DNA of 64,000 nt from Candidatus Versatilivorator sp. (GTDB lineage Bacteria; Acidobacteriota; Terriglobia; Versatilivoradales; Versatilivoraceae): NCBI GenBank assembly GCA_965207735.1, contig OZ242296.1, forward strand, positions 2,048,001-2,112,000, in the 5' to 3' direction. A program made the translations under genes and the position numbers. The notes beneath the pieces are model-generated. The model was not told the DNA's origin, ran no database searches, and was given only the letters and a program-made list of their open reading frames with translations. Positions 11,001 to 21,951 of this stretch are shown here, one piece after another. The first letter of the stretch is position 1; every line of letters begins with the position of its first letter.

Positions 11001-14000
11001 GCGGATGATCGGAGAGCCTCCGTTATCCGACGGCCGGCTCCAGCTCAACCTCACCGATCCGCTCGCCCCATTGGCTCTCAGACTCAAAGTCGAGATCGCC
11101 TCGGGCGCCCCCGGCGGCGACACCCGGACCTCCAGCGGTTCCTCCGGCTCCTCGTTCGGCTTGCTGCCCGCAGACGAGTTCACACGGCTCGCCGGCACCG
11201 TCAGCCTCAAGGTGTAGCTGTGGGCCACACTGCCGGTCCGCGGCGTCACCGTGGTGGTGAAGACCCGGTCGTCGGCTGTCTGCAGATCCCCGATCCCCGG
11301 ATCGCAGAACACCGGATTGTTCAGATCGTCCGTGCACTCAGGATCCTGGTCGGACTCGATGTCGCTCCCGCTGAACCCCGACACCGGCTCAGAGAAGCTG
11401 ATTCTCACCATAAACGAACCCGACACCGGAGGCTCGGTGCCGCTCGTCATCACTACCGTCAGCGGCGTCACGGTCATCCCCTCGCCGGAGACCGACCAGT
11501 CGCTCGCCCCCTCGTCGTTTCTGGCCTTGATCTGCACCTCGTAGTCCGTGCCCGGCTCGAGGTCAGATAGCGTCAAGCTGAGCCCCGGCTCTTGGTGGTT
11601 CACGATAGTGAAGCCCCCCCTGCCCTTCTCCCGGTACTGCACGTCGTAGTCGGTAATGTCCGGTCCCGTGTTGTCCGGCTCGCTCCAGCTCACCGTCAGG
11701 CTGTCGGCCGTCTCCCCCGAAATGACCGGCGCCCCCGGTGCTTCCGGCGGCTCCCGCTGGTCGGTCACCCGAACGATGAACGTCTGCTCCGCCTCCAGAT
11801 CCCTGGCTCCCGCCCCACTTCTCGCTTCCACCGTCACCACGTACTCGTTGTCCCCGGCGGCGCTCATCGGATCCGTACTGGCCACATCCAGGGGATCCTC
11901 GTAGTCCGGCGCCGATTGAAAGCTCAGATCTCCCGTATCGGAAGTGATGGAGAACTGGCCCTGATCGGCCCCGCCCACGATTTCCCAGCCCGTCAGCTCG
12001 TCCCCCGCGTCGGTGTCCCGTGCCGCCAGTCGCCTCACCAGCACCTGGTTCTCCCCTACACTCAGCGTTCCCCCGGTCGTGATCTGCGGCGCCGTGTTGG
12101 GTGCGTCGGTGGTGTTGGTCACCGACCGGTTGCTCAGCGCCTGTGCGTCATTGCCCACCTCATCCCGGATCGGGTTGGTCCCCACTGTGTAGCTCACCCG
12201 AATCCCCGTATCCCCGTGCTCGACCGCCAGGTCGAGGGTCAGCGTCACCAAGCTCCCGCCTACGTCTACCGCGTTAACGGTACGCCCGGACCCGCCCACC
12301 GTCACCGTGAAGGCCCCCGCCTCCGGCTCCGCCCCCTCATCCAACCCCTCCCCGTAGGTCAGCGTCAGAGAGGAGCCGTCCACTGCCGCGCTCACGAAAG
12401 CCGGCCGCACTCCGTCCACCTGTTGACCCTCCTGCGCAGCCACCGCCTCATGGGCCAGCTCAGCCGCATTGTCGGCTGCGTCCTTGAGAGTTCCTCCGTT
12501 CAACGAGATCCGGCCAGCCCGGATACTGACTCCGTCGCCGTCCTCGTCCCCCTCAACCACCTCGTAGCCGAACACCAGCTCATCCGTGTCCGTGCCTCTC
12601 AGGTAACCGGCTGCCCGGTTCCGGTTACCCACTCTCAGTGTCAGCCGCGGCATCCCCGTCACCTTCACCATCTCGCTGAACTGTACCGTCACCTCGATCT
12701 CGTCCTCCACCGCATAGGTCTTGTCCGACCCCGGGTTGGAACTGATCCCTAGACTCTCCACCGTCGGTGGCGCCGTATCCGGCGTCTCATTGGTCGCCGG
12801 CTCGCGGCTCAGCCCCTCCGCCTGGTTGCCCGGCAGGTCGCGTAGCGGCACCATCCCCGGTGTGTAGCTCACCTCTATCGCCGGCTCCTCGTGCTCGGCC
12901 CCCACATTCAGGGTCAGAGTCACCGCGCTGCCGCTTACCGAAACCCGGGTGACCGTCCGAGCCCGACCACCCCCCGACACCGTGAAGTCTCCCGCCTCAG
13001 GCGTTGAGCTTCTGTCCAAGGGCTCGTCGTAGGTAAGCGTCATGGTCGTCCCGTTCACCACCGCCCCGCCGGTTGCAGCCAGTTCCGGCTTGACCCCGTC
13101 CACCTTGTGGCTCGAATTGGCTGCCAGCTCGTCATGGTCCAACTCTGCCGGATTATCCGAGGTATCTTTGATGGTCCCCCCGTTAAGCGACAGGCCGTCC
13201 TCCTCGACCCCCACTCCGCCCGTGTCGCTGTCCCCGTCCGCCACTTCGTAGGTAAAGACCAGAGCCGTTGTCCCCGACCCGCCCCCGTAGGTCGCCGTTC
13301 TCCTTCCGCCCCCAAGCTCCAGGCTCAACTGCGGCGCCCCGGTCACCCTCACCGTCTCACTGAAGGTGGCTGACACCCGGATCTCATCTCCCGCGGCGTA
13401 GGTCCGGTCCGTCCCCGAGTTCGAGGTAATTTCCAGCTTGCTTACCGTGGGCGCGGTCGCGTCCACGACCATTTCTACCGAAAATCGTGCGCTGCGGGTC
13501 GCTTCGCCTCCAGCGACCACAGCCGCTACCTGGTAGGTGTAGGTCTCGCCTATGGTCACGTCCGTGTCGGTGTAGCTGTGACCCGTGAGGTTCTCCGCAA
13601 CAACATTGAGGGTGGAGTCACCTTCGCGATAGACGGTGTAAGTGATATCGGGTGGAGTGGACCAGTGGTTCACCTCGACCGCGGTCCAATCCAGTTTCAA
13701 ATGGGTTGGCCTGGTTGTTGCCGTCACGCTGGGGCCTTCCCGAAGCTGGTAGCCGAACTCCTGCCAGGTGGCTTCCCCATTCCCGTCCATGTCCACCGCC
13801 AGGACCGGGTACTGCGCGTTCGTCCCGAAATGCCAGTCGTCCGACGACCAGGTCCCGTAGATGCCGCTGGCGCTGGTGGGTGTCTGCAGCGTCGTCGTCG
13901 TTCCCCCAGTACCTCCGGCGCTGGTCGCCTGGCCCGATGTCGTCTTGTCCCAATAGCTGCCGGTAACGGTTGGGTTGACGAAGCCGGTCAGCCCGCCGAC

Positions 14001-17000
14001 CAGGGTCTCACCCGACACGGGCCCCGTCGAGTAGCTGGCAGCGATGGACTCGAGGTTGTCCCCGGCCAGGCCCCCGACACGGTTGGTGCCCGACACGCGG
14101 CCGGTGGCGTATCCAGCCACGATGGTGCCGAAAGGGGCGTTTCGTCCGACCAGCCCGCCCACCTGCTCCTCGCCGGTTACCTGACTTGCGGAATAGCTGG
14201 TCCGGATGGAGCCCCAGTTCAGTCCAACCAGCCCGCCAATGGCGGTATCGCCAGTCGCTTGACCCGAGGTATGGCTGCCGCTGATGACGGTGCGGTTCTG
14301 CCCGACCAGCCCGCCCACCGAACTCGTGCCGGACACGTTGCCCGAGGCGCGACTGGCAGTAATAGCACCACGGTTGTGTCCCACCAGGCCGCCGACTCTC
14401 TCCGTTCCCTTTACGCGACCGGTGACGCTGCTGCCGGTAATGAAGCCCGAACTCGAAAGCGTACCGGACAGGCCTCCGACATTCAATTTGCCGGTCACGT
14501 CGACGTCGACCAGCCTGACCCCGCTCACCCCGACGGTCTCCCCGGCTTCAGGTGTCCAGACATTCCCGAACAAGGCGATACTACCCGCCTGCGTCGGCCG
14601 GTTGATGAACAGATTGGCGATCGCATGGCCGTTGCCCTTGAGGTTGAACCTGACCGGGAAGGGGAACCACCCGGCGCCGTCGTCCCAGTAGTCGTCGCCC
14701 GAGTCGGCATCGCCGCTCCCGTTGGTGTCGAAGTCCAGGTCCTCCTCCAGTTCGTAGCCGACGCATCCGTCCGGACACCCCATGCCCAACGCTCCCTCAG
14801 TGAATGCCGAGGCTGCGTAGTAGGACATCCAGTCCCCCACGCGATCCACCGCACCGTCACCGTCCTGGTCGTAGCGCATGGCATTGAATTGTGTCAGGTT
14901 GGAGATCTCGATATAGCCATCGTTATCGCTATCGTAGTCTCGGGTCCCCGCCTGGATCGTGACCATGACGTTGCGCGTTACGCTCAAGCCTTCAGGATCG
15001 ACCGCCCGAACGGTGACCGCGATCCGTCCAGGCGCCAGCGGCGTCAGCGTCAGCGTGGAGCCACTAATGCCGGCGGTGACGTAATCGGTATCGCTTGACA
15101 ATGCCGTGTAGCTCAGGGTGTCGTCGTCCGGATCGTCGAACGCGTTCGAAACGTCGACGGTCGCGGCACTGCCGCCGGGGGCCAGCGTCGCTACCGTCAA
15201 AGTTCCCTCCACGGTAGGCGCCCCGTTGCGGTCGGCGGCGACGACGTCCACCGCATCGACCGCACCCGGCGCCATCACGATGCCGGCGCCCGAATCTCGA
15301 TCGACGCCCGACGCCTCGATATCGAGGGACGCTCCAGTCATCCCCGTGCGTAGACTGCTCAGCGTGACGTTGTCCGGCCCACCCGCGGCCTCCAACATCA
15401 AGGCCGCGATCGCCCCCGCATGTGGGGCTGCCGAGGAGGTGCCGCAGAACTTCGAGAACTCGGGTGCCGACGTCGAAACGCAGGTGGCCGCGACCAGGTC
15501 CGGCTTCTGCAGTAATTCTCCGCCGGTGGACGAGAAATTGCCGGCTGTGACCGGCGTGCCGTCCGGCTCGAAAAACATCCGGCGCGGACCATCCGAACTA
15601 TCTGTCCGCACGGACTCCGTGCCGTTGAAGACACCTCCGGAACCAGCCGCCGTGCTGACGTCGACCGCCCCCACGGTCACCGTATTCTCGGCGGCTTTGT
15701 GTCCGGCCGTCTGTCCGGCGGTCGCAACCTCCAACTGACCTCTGATAGTATCGAGCCGCAGGTAGCGATTGGCCGCACCGGACGCCTTCACGACCACAAG
15801 ATACGAGTCGGTATAGTCCGCTCCTGACGAATCAATGGTCTCGATCGGGTCCTGGGTGCCGTCCTGCACATCAGTCGAGCTGGCGAGCACATTGTCGTCG
15901 GCATCGACCAGGAAGAGGTCGTAGTCGTTGGCGGACGCTCCCAGCGGGTCGGCCCACTGAAGGACGAAAGACAAGCCGTCTTTGGTGATTTTATTCGCTT
16001 CCACGCTGCTGCCGAAGTCGTGGGCTTTCCCAACCGAGGAACCGCTCACCTCAAAGTCGGTTCCCTCGACGTAATCCCCTTCCCAGACCCCGGCCGTGCC
16101 GTCGTTCAGATTCCCGGCATTTCCGGCAGCGGAAAAATAGAAGCAGCCGTCGGAGACAACCTCATTCACCGCCTTTGCAATGACGCCGTCCTGAAAGGCG
16201 GGCTCCCGGAAATAGAAGATGTCGTCCACGATGACGTCCGCTCCGGCCTCGCACAACGCCTCGATGTTCTCCCCCATCCGGGCCTCGCCACCGCGCCCGG
16301 TCGCAAAATACAATTCGGCCCCCGGCGCCAGGTCGTGGACGATCTCCAGCATCGCCGTCCCCTCATCGCCCCCCTTGCCCGTCAGCAACCCAACAATTGA
16401 CAGCGGACCTCCTTTCTGGCCTGACAGCACCGTGACCCGCGCCGGCAGATCTCCCGAGCCCTGCCGGTCGGCTAGCGTCCTGACACCGTCCGAAAGCACA
16501 CCAATCCCGATGCCGGTTCCATCAACGTCGTGGGTCGTGCGTGCCGAGTTCGCCCGGTGGGCGACGTCCCCTTGGGTTGTTACGGCGTTGCGGGTCACAG
16601 GTCCGTCAGTTATGGGTCCTTCCCCGGCATCGATTGGCACATCGAATGATGGTTGCTCCAGTTGGGCGTTGGTCACCGCCACGTCAGCGGTACGAATGGA
16701 CCGCACCGCGTCGAGTTCAGCCAGTGTTTCGATGACACCCAGGGGGAGCCTGGCTCGAACTGCGCGGTACCGCGGTACGCTGTCGATCACCGAGCCTCCC
16801 AGGGTTTGGATTAGATCCAGAACCTCGGGTATTACATCCGCCCTGATGTCCACCGTTACCATCTCTTCCAGGGCATGTGCGCCCTGAGGCTGGTGTCTGA
16901 CTCTCTCATCCAACTGCTGCATCTCCGCCGCAACCCGCTGCACTTCCAGAAGCTGCGAACTCACCTTTCTCTGGACAGGTGTTCGCCCGGCCTTCGCAGC

Positions 17001-17453
17001 CAGAATGGTCTGAATCTGCCGCACAATCCCGGTTGACATCGGCCGTCCAGCCGACTTGGTTTCCTCACCGGTTCTGTTTGACGCGGCTGCGAGTCCGGAA
17101 GAGATCGCATGGTCAAGCCCTCCTTGCCCTGCCAATTGGACGGCGCCGCCCAGTACAAGAGCGGAACCCAAGCGGTAGAGCCGTGTCAGTTGGCTGGGCT
17201 TCGATGCAGCACCCTGAGAACCCGGCGCCGCACTTGGCGCCGATTCCGGTCTCGCCCGAAAGTTGGCTGAGGAATCGAACAGCAAGCGCCGCGCGTCTCG
17301 CCTCACAGCGGCGTTGAGACAGCTACCGGCGCCTCGTCTGCAATGGGGTCGCTTTGCCGGGTGCCGGCAGGGCCCATGGAGCGGTGTTTCAAGGTTGGGG
17401 ATTGAAGAGCAGTCCGAAAGCGTTCCTGTTCCTCGACCCGATGAATGGCGCAT
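8017..17453 (-). CDS. Giant surface protein (~3145 aa if joined): S8/S53-like subtilase, GLUG-type repeats, FN3, SwmB-like, cadherin-like domains and shared C-terminal domain; frameshifted near 10336-10340
   Basis: ORFs 10293-17453 and 8017-10968 overlap. Sense switches at GTG AGG TTT GGA GGGGG CTG CGG TTC (VRFG..LRFEESELD). Protease motifs IGVLSDG, DEGTAMLEIVHDLAP, SAAGN, FCGTSSAAPH. Exact start uncertain. Confidence 0.8.
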
Positions 17454-17684
17454 TTAAACTACTGATAATCGGATAATTAGTGGGATTCTTCGGACTTGAT
17501 TGGAAGGAGATTCGGTGGGGCTGTTGACAACCCTATACCAAAAAAATGATTGATTCTATATTTAGCACACTTCTCTATGCATGTCGTCTTGCCCTCAAAC
17601 ATACCCCAACTTAACTAACCCATCTTTAACAAAGAAACGGCCGATTTGAGGTATTTTACCCCCATTTTAGCCTAAAACCACCCG

Positions 17685-17697
17685 TAAGTTGTTGATT
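17685..17697 (-). promoter_or_regulatory. IHF-consensus site inside IS left end
   Basis: Minus strand AATCAACAACTTA matches WATCAANNNNTTR; a matching site lies at the right end. Confidence 0.55.
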
Positions 17698-17779
17698 CTT
17701 GGTTGAGGAGGTGAATGTAGTGCCATAATCGTATGGGATGGGCTTGACCCCCTCTCTCTCCTCTGGTAGCGTCCCTCCC

Positions 17780-19594
17780 ATGTTCATCCGACGCACCCAG
17801 ACCCGCAGCCTCCATTCCGGACAGACCTACTTCACCCACCGCCTCGTCCGCTCCCATCGCGTCAGTGGCAAGGTCCGCCAGCAGACCCTCCTCAACCTCG
17901 GTCGACACTTCTCGATCCCCCGTGAGGACTGGCCCTTGTTGTGCCGCCGTCTCGATCAGATCCTCACCGGTCAGTTGCCTCTCTTGCCGGTGGCTTCCAC
18001 CCCGTTGGAGGAGGAAGCCCAACGCATGGCCCAGCGCTTGCTTGAGGGCGAAGCCGACGTGACCGGCGTTGGCGGGGAGGCCGCCTCAGAGGACCTGCAG
18101 ACGGTCGAGGTGGATTCGGTGGCCTTGACACGTCCGCGCAGCGTGGGGGTGGAGCAGGTCGGTTGCTGGGCGCTGGAGCAGTTGGGGCTGGGGGATCTGC
18201 TGACCGAGTTAGGGCTGAACGGACCGATGCGGGCAGCGGCGTTGGGGGCCATGGTAGGCCGTCTGGCCCGACCGGGCTCGGAGAGGGCCACCTGGGGCTG
18301 GCTCAGGCGGCGCAGCGGCTTGGGCGAGTTGCTGGAGGTTGACTTCGAGAGCCTGAGTCTGATGCAGATGTATCGGGCCTCGGACGCGCTGATGAAGCAT
18401 CGGGAGGCCATCGAGCGTCACCTCTTCACCCGGGCCATGGGGTTGTTCGATCTGGAGCCGACCGTCACCCTGTTCGATCTGACCAACACCTTCTTCGAAG
18501 GGGCGGCCAGCCATCAGCCCAAGGCCGAGCGGGGCCACTCGAAGGACAAGCGCAGCGACTGTCGGCTGCTGACGCTGGGGTTGGTGCTGGACGGGGCGGG
18601 GTTTGTGCGCCGCTCGGAGGTCTTTGCCGGTAGGGTGGATGAGCCCCGCACCCTGGAGGGGATGCTGGAGGCGCTGGAGGCGCCCCGGGGAGCCTTGGTG
18701 GTGATGGATCGGGGGGTGGCGACCGAGGACCGGATCCAGTGGTTGAGGGAGGAAGGGTATCGCTACCTGGTGGCCAGCCGCCAGGGCCGGAGGCAGTTCG
18801 ATGCCGAGGCGGCCGTGACGGTGGAGACGGCTTCCAAGGCCGAGCTGCAGCTCCACAAGGAGATCTCCGACGACGGGCAGGAAGTGCGTCTCTACTGCCG
18901 CTCACAGCAGCGGGCTGAGAAGGAGAAGGGCATCGTGGAGCGCTTCAGCCGGCGCTTCGAGCAGGGGCTCACCCGACTCTCCGAGGGGCTTTCCCGGCCG
19001 CGGACTCACAAAGGCGTCGAGAAGGTCCGGGAGAGGATCGGGCGGCTGAAGGAACAGAGCCGCGGGGTGGGGCAACACTACAGCATCGAGGTCCTCACCG
19101 ACGAGAGCGGCCGCAAGGCGACAGCGCTGAGATGGAAGCACCGTCCCCGCCAGGGCTCGATGGCCACCCATCCGGGGGTCTACTGCCTGCGCAGCAACCA
19201 GACTGACTGGGACGAGGAAAGTCTCTGGCGTACCTACACGACTCTGACCGACGTGGAAGCGGTGTTTCGCTCCCTGAAGTCCGAGCTGGGCCTGCGGCCC
19301 ATCTATCATCACAAGCCGGTGCGCTCGGAAGGTCACCTGTTTCTGACGGTCATCGCCTATCAACTGGTGCAGGTCATCCGCAAACGCCTCAAGCAGCGCG
19401 GCGAGGCCTCCAGTTGGACCACGCTGCGGCGCATCCTGGAAGGACAGCAGCGGGTCACGGTCACCTTCCGGCGTCAGGACGGGCGGACCTTGCACGTCCG
19501 CAAGGCCACACGGGCCGAACCCGATCAGAGGGCCATCTACGACGCCCTGGGCATCGATCCCTCTCCTGGAGGGATCCGCAAGATGATCGTCTGA
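17780..19594 (+). CDS. IS1634-family DDE transposase
   Basis: MFIRRT..YFTHRLV.S.R..GKVRQ.TLLNLG; LFDLTNTFFEG; RGHSKDKRSD; VVMDRG; YTTLTDVEAVFRSLKSELGLRPIYH. Confidence 0.93.
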   Translation: MFIRRTQTRSLHSGQTYFTHRLVRSHRVSGKVRQQTLLNLGRHFSIPREDWPLLCRRLDQILTGQLPLLPVASTPLEEEAQRMAQRLLEGEADVTGVGGEAASEDLQTVEVDSVALTRPRSVGVEQVGCWALEQLGLGDLLTELGLNGPMRAAALGAMVGRLARPGSERATWGWLRRRSGLGELLEVDFESLSLMQMYRASDALMKHREAIERHLFTRAMGLFDLEPTVTLFDLTNTFFEGAASHQPKAERGHSKDKRSDCRLLTLGLVLDGAGFVRRSEVFAGRVDEPRTLEGMLEALEAPRGALVVMDRGVATEDRIQWLREEGYRYLVASRQGRRQFDAEAAVTVETASKAELQLHKEISDDGQEVRLYCRSQQRAEKEKGIVERFSRRFEQGLTRLSEGLSRPRTHKGVEKVRERIGRLKEQSRGVGQHYSIEVLTDESGRKATALRWKHRPRQGSMATHPGVYCLRSNQTDWDEESLWRTYTTLTDVEAVFRSLKSELGLRPIYHHKPVRSEGHLFLTVIAYQLVQVIRKRLKQRGEASSWTTLRRILEGQQRVTVTFRRQDGRTLHVRKATRAEPDQRAIYDALGIDPSPGGIRKMIV

Positions 19595-19654
19595 TTCCTC
19601 CAAAATCTCCGGTTTCAACGCGTTTGTAGTGCCACTTGCGCGTTGAGCCTTTTG

Positions 19655-19667
19655 TAACCTGTTGATA
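19655..19667 (-). promoter_or_regulatory. IHF-consensus site inside IS right end
   Basis: Minus strand TATCAACAGGTTA matches WATCAANNNNTTR. Confidence 0.55.
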
Positions 19668-19774
19668 ATAAACGTATACTTGGAAGCCGTGTTAAAGATG
19701 GGCTAACACAAAAACGGGACCACCGCCATGCCGAGGCAAACTACCTGTGGATCGATGGTTGGAATAGGTGAACC

Positions 19775-19921
19775 ATGCGAAAGCTCGGAATATGGCTCCT
19801 GAATCTGTTTCGACGGAAATCCCTGTTGATCCGGAGGCTGAGGGACCAAACGGAAGACGACACTGCCGCCCGGCGGGTGGTCGGTGGCGAAGCCTGGAAC
19901 GAATTCTGCGATACCCTCAAG
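19775..19921 (+). pseudogene. 5' fragment of a gene (resembles N-termini of DUF1214-type proteins), truncated by repeat element
   Basis: MRKLGIWLLNLFRR...AARRVVGGEAWNEFCDTLK then runs straight into repeat core A. Confidence 0.45.
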
Positions 19922-20106
19922 ACAAGTGTCGCCCCCACCCTGCCGGGCGGATCATACGAGAGTGAAACAATCGGAAATCGATCAACCCTTCGCGAACTTG
20001 GTACCCCGTCGCGGCCAACCTCAGCGCCTTAGTGCCCCTTCGTCGTTCTTCGTGCCCCTTCGTGGATAAGTCTTTTGTCTTTTGTCTTTTTTCGGTTGTT
20101 TCAGAA
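19922..20106 (+). repeat. Dispersed repeat core A, copy 1 (MITE-like)
   Basis: GCGGATCATACGAGAGTGAAACAATCGGAAATCGATC...CCCCTTCGTCGTTCTTCGTGCCCCTTCGTGGATAAG. Recurs at ~21600, ~33780 and (inverted, partial) ~54885. Confidence 0.85.
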
Positions 20107-20132
20107 AAGCTGGACTGCTTCGGCAGGGATTC

Positions 20133-20209
20133 TGGTGGAGCTGATGGGGATCGAACCCACGACCTCCTGACTGCCAGTCAGGCGCTCTCCCAAGCTGAGC
20201 TACAGCCCC
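20133..20209 (-). tRNA. tRNA-Ala (GGC)
   Basis: GGGGCTGTAGCTCAGCTTGGGAGAGCGCCTGACTGGCAGTCAGGAGGTCGTGGGTTCGATCCCCATCAGCTCCACCA; anticodon GGC, encoded CCA. Confidence 0.97.
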
Positions 20210-20410
20210 TCCGGTGGAATCGGGCGGGTGCGCTGGAACTTTCAAACGGACCGGCCGCGAAGAAAGGTAGGCACAGGCCAAGTCGGGCTCCAACACGTGG
20301 CGCAGAGTAGCACGGAGAAAGAGGCTTGTAAAGGCGGTTCCCGGGTGGTGTCGGTCCCAGGCGACAGGGCGGTTCCGGACCACCACCGGCCGGGATGAAT
20401 CCGGGACCGA

Positions 20411-21544
20411 TCAGCCCTCCCGCTTCTTCCTGGACTGGATGACCCGAACCCGGTGGGCGTTGGTGTCTCCCACAAAAACGGAGCCGTCGCTATCCACGAA
20501 GACCCCGTGGGGTCTGCCCATTTTGCAGTTGAGGGGATCTCCCTCCGGTCCGTCGCCCGGCTCGCCGGTGCCCGCGACCAGCTCCAGCGTGCCCCGGCTG
20601 CGGTCCACCATGCGGATGGAGTGGCTCTCGGTATCCGCCAGGTAGATGTTTCCGTCCGGCCCCACGCTCAATCCCTTGGGACCTGATAGCGTTGCCTGCA
20701 GGGCAGGCTGCCCGTGACCGGTGAATCCCGACTCCCCGGTCCCGGCCACGTGGTGGATCGACCGGGCTTTCATGTCGATGCGAAAGACCGCATTGCCTTC
20801 CCGAAGGGCCAGCCAGAGATTGCCCTCGGCATCGAAATCCAGTGCCCGGGGCCCGTTGAGCGGGGTCCCCTCAATAGCGGCCCCGTCGGGGGTGTTGCCC
20901 TGCCCCCCGGTTCCGGCGAAGGTCAGGATGCGTCCATCCTCCTTGCCGACCCTTCGAACTCGATGGTTGCCGATATCGCAGATAAAGAGGTCCCCGGAGG
21001 GACCGAGCTGGATGCTGTGGGGCTGGCTAAGCCTGGCCTCCACCGCCGACCCTCCGTCGCCGCTGAACCCTTCCCGGCCGGTGCCGGCCAGGGTGGAAAT
21101 CAGGCCGGTTCGGCCGTCCACCCGCCTCACCACGTGGTTGACTCGTTCCACAAGCAACATATTGCCCTGGCGGTCGAAGCGAATCTCGTAGGGCTCGTTC
21201 AGACTGGCCTCGAGGGCGGGGCCGCCGTCCCCGGAATAGCCGGCTTTCCCGTTCCCGGCCACGGTGGCAATGGTTCCGTCGGCGGCAACTCTGCGGATCA
21301 CGTGGTTCCCGGTGTCGCAGATATAGAGGTCGCCGTTCGGCCCGCGCACCACCCCGAAAGGCTGGTTCAGTTGAGCCTGCACGGCCGGGCCGCCGTCCCC
21401 GGAATAGCCCGCCGACCCGTTGCCGGCGACGGTGACGATTTCCTTCCCCGCCGGGTCGCTGTGCCCGTGGGGATCTGTGGAGGACTGGCAAGCCCAGACG
21501 GCCGACAAGACTATTGCTAAAAGAAAAGACTGGAATCTCTTCAT
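20411..21544 (-). CDS. NHL-repeat (teneurin-like beta-propeller) lipoprotein
   Basis: Signal peptide MKRFQSFLLAIVLSAVWAC; repeated TVAGNG.AGYSGDGGPA..A.LN.P units. Confidence 0.88.
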   Translation of the reverse strand: MKRFQSFLLAIVLSAVWACQSSTDPHGHSDPAGKEIVTVAGNGSAGYSGDGGPAVQAQLNQPFGVVRGPNGDLYICDTGNHVIRRVAADGTIATVAGNGKAGYSGDGGPALEASLNEPYEIRFDRQGNMLLVERVNHVVRRVDGRTGLISTLAGTGREGFSGDGGSAVEARLSQPHSIQLGPSGDLFICDIGNHRVRRVGKEDGRILTFAGTGGQGNTPDGAAIEGTPLNGPRALDFDAEGNLWLALREGNAVFRIDMKARSIHHVAGTGESGFTGHGQPALQATLSGPKGLSVGPDGNIYLADTESHSIRMVDRSRGTLELVAGTGEPGDGPEGDPLNCKMGRPHGVFVDSDGSVFVGDTNAHRVRVIQSRKKREG

Positions 21545-21569
21545 GGTTGGGAACCCGTAACGGCAGTTG

Positions 21570-21850
21570 TTAGTAGGTAGTGGATAGTGGCCAGTGGTTA
21601 GCAACGCCCCCGCCCCGGTGTGCGGATCACACGAGAGTGAAACAATTGGAAATCGACCATCCCTTCGCGACCTTGATACCCCGTCGCGGTCAACCTCAGC
21701 GCCTTCGTGCCCCTTCGTCGTTCTTCGTGCCCCTTCGTGGATAAGTTTTTTGTCTTTTGTCTTTTTTCGGTTGTTTCAGACAAGCCGGGGCGAGACCGAC
21801 AAGACGCTTCACCCATCGATTCAATCACTCTCCACTCTCCACTCTCCACT
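21570..21850 (+). repeat. Heptamer-bounded composite element containing core A (copy 2)
   Basis: Left degenerate AGTGGnn repeats + TGGTTAGC, core A, then GGCGAGACCGACAAGACGCTTC..CGATTCAAT and (CACTCTC)n. Confidence 0.8.
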
Positions 21851-21951
21851 GCCAAGGGTTCCTGAGCGTGAACCATTGCAAGATGGTATGATTCCCAAGT
21901 GGCCGGTCTGCCCCACCATTCCGGCTCTGCGAACCTTTCGGGGAATGACCC

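Larger units (their letters stand above)
17619..19702 (+). mobile_element. Complete IS1634-family insertion sequence (2084 bp)
   Basis: Perfect 13-bp TIRs CCCATCTTTAACA (17619-17631) / TGTTAAAGATGGG (19690-19702), flanked by a CTAA direct repeat (17615-17618, 19703-19706). Confidence 0.92.

Noticed and set aside
20133-20209. tRNA-Ala as attachment site of an integrated island
   Set aside because: No duplicated tRNA 3' end and no integrase seen in the window.
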